This document shows, piece by piece, positions 63,213 to 64,000 of a stretch of 64,000 bases of DNA (its first letter is position 1; each line of letters starts with the position of its first letter). Source of the stretch: Antedon mediterranea (Eukaryota > Animalia > Echinodermata); contig NC_092671.1 in NCBI RefSeq assembly GCF_964355755.1, positions 3,534,001 through 3,598,000 on the forward strand, written 5' to 3'. Below the pieces are notes generated by a model that was given only the letters and a program-made list of their open reading frames with translations, searched no databases and was not told where the DNA came from. A program made the translations under genes and the position numbers.

Positions 63213-64000
63213 TTAGAACCAACTTAGAACATAGAAATAAATGTAGAGGGCGACATATTTACTTTGTATGATATGAATTCAATTATTTTCTTAAAGAATA
63301 TTATATAATAAAATGGTAAATGTATGGAATATAAATCATTATTATATACTATTTTAACAATTTCCACAATTTAAAACGCAACGTTTTGAATTGCGCAAAT
63401 CGTTAGATTCAAGTAAGAAGAATAATTTAATGTTGTAACCATTTTGTACAATACCTATAACATCTATGTTAGAATTGTGCATTCAATATTTTGTAAATAA
63501 TTAAAATCTTGATTGAAAATTTTGTATACAGAATAAAGAAATAGTTTGTAGAAAAGAAAGATGTCCGGATTTAAACGGATGTGCGTTGGCAGTTAGCAAT
63601 CCGAATACGCAGTGCTGCACCCAGTGTAAAAGTGAGTTTTTTCTTTTTCTTAAAACATTATGTTGACGCGTTTGCAAACGCAATTAACGCGTCATGTTTA
63701 ACTTAAACGCATCATACATTCTCCACAGTGGACAAAATACAGTATGCGTACATCATTTACTGCATCAAACAGAAAGTTGATTGTGTTCACACGACGAGTC
63801 TTGTATGCCCACTCTCGTATCTCGTTAACTCCGATATAACTTCGATAGGTTTAAGGTACACCTTAATTTAACTCCGATACCGGTAGCTCTAGCAAAGCGC
63901 TTCCATTATTCTCTAATTTATCGGCACGGTCAACGTGCCGATAGACAAATGACAAAATACCACTCACGGCTGCCGTGAAGGTTGACCGTGCCATGTGTTT

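Noticed and set aside
553-63683. Most short ORFs in the provided track
   Set aside because: 60-110 aa, often non-ATG, AT-biased or repeat-derived. Only those overlapping MGAT5 exons, BMPER exon 1 and the GIY-YIG fragment carry recognisable protein sequence.
18000-64000. Canonical BMP-responsive Smad element GRCGNC-N5-GTCT, expected for a Cv-2 gene
   Set aside because: GGCGCC and related GC boxes occur (e.g. ~53230), but I found none with the correct 5-bp spacing by eye; a motif scan is needed.

Overview
AT-rich, intron-rich animal genomic DNA, probably a marine invertebrate (inference from composition and repeat types); it is not prokaryotic. Two spliced genes lie on the + strand. (1) The last nine coding exons of MGAT5/GnT-V (3783-13970), followed by a probable 3'UTR containing a 63/75-bp tandem array. 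(2) The first two coding exons of BMPER/crossveinless-2 (21783-21888 and 58931-59016), separated by a ~37-kb intron. Between the genes is a 5'-truncated Penelope-like element (GIY-YIG C-terminus plus a decayed hammerhead ribozyme). The rest is non-coding: several MITE families, SINEs, a non-autonomous P-like element, a Helentron/HINE-like element and minisatellites. The two most unusual signals are these. First, a sharp boundary near 18 kb beyond which the palindrome TAGGCCTA occurs about 35 times (none before), with a local duplication showing it as a 6-bp gain or loss at a TA site. Second, two copies of one MITE family that have taken up 100-120 bp of neighbouring sequence. All counts and alignments were done by eye.
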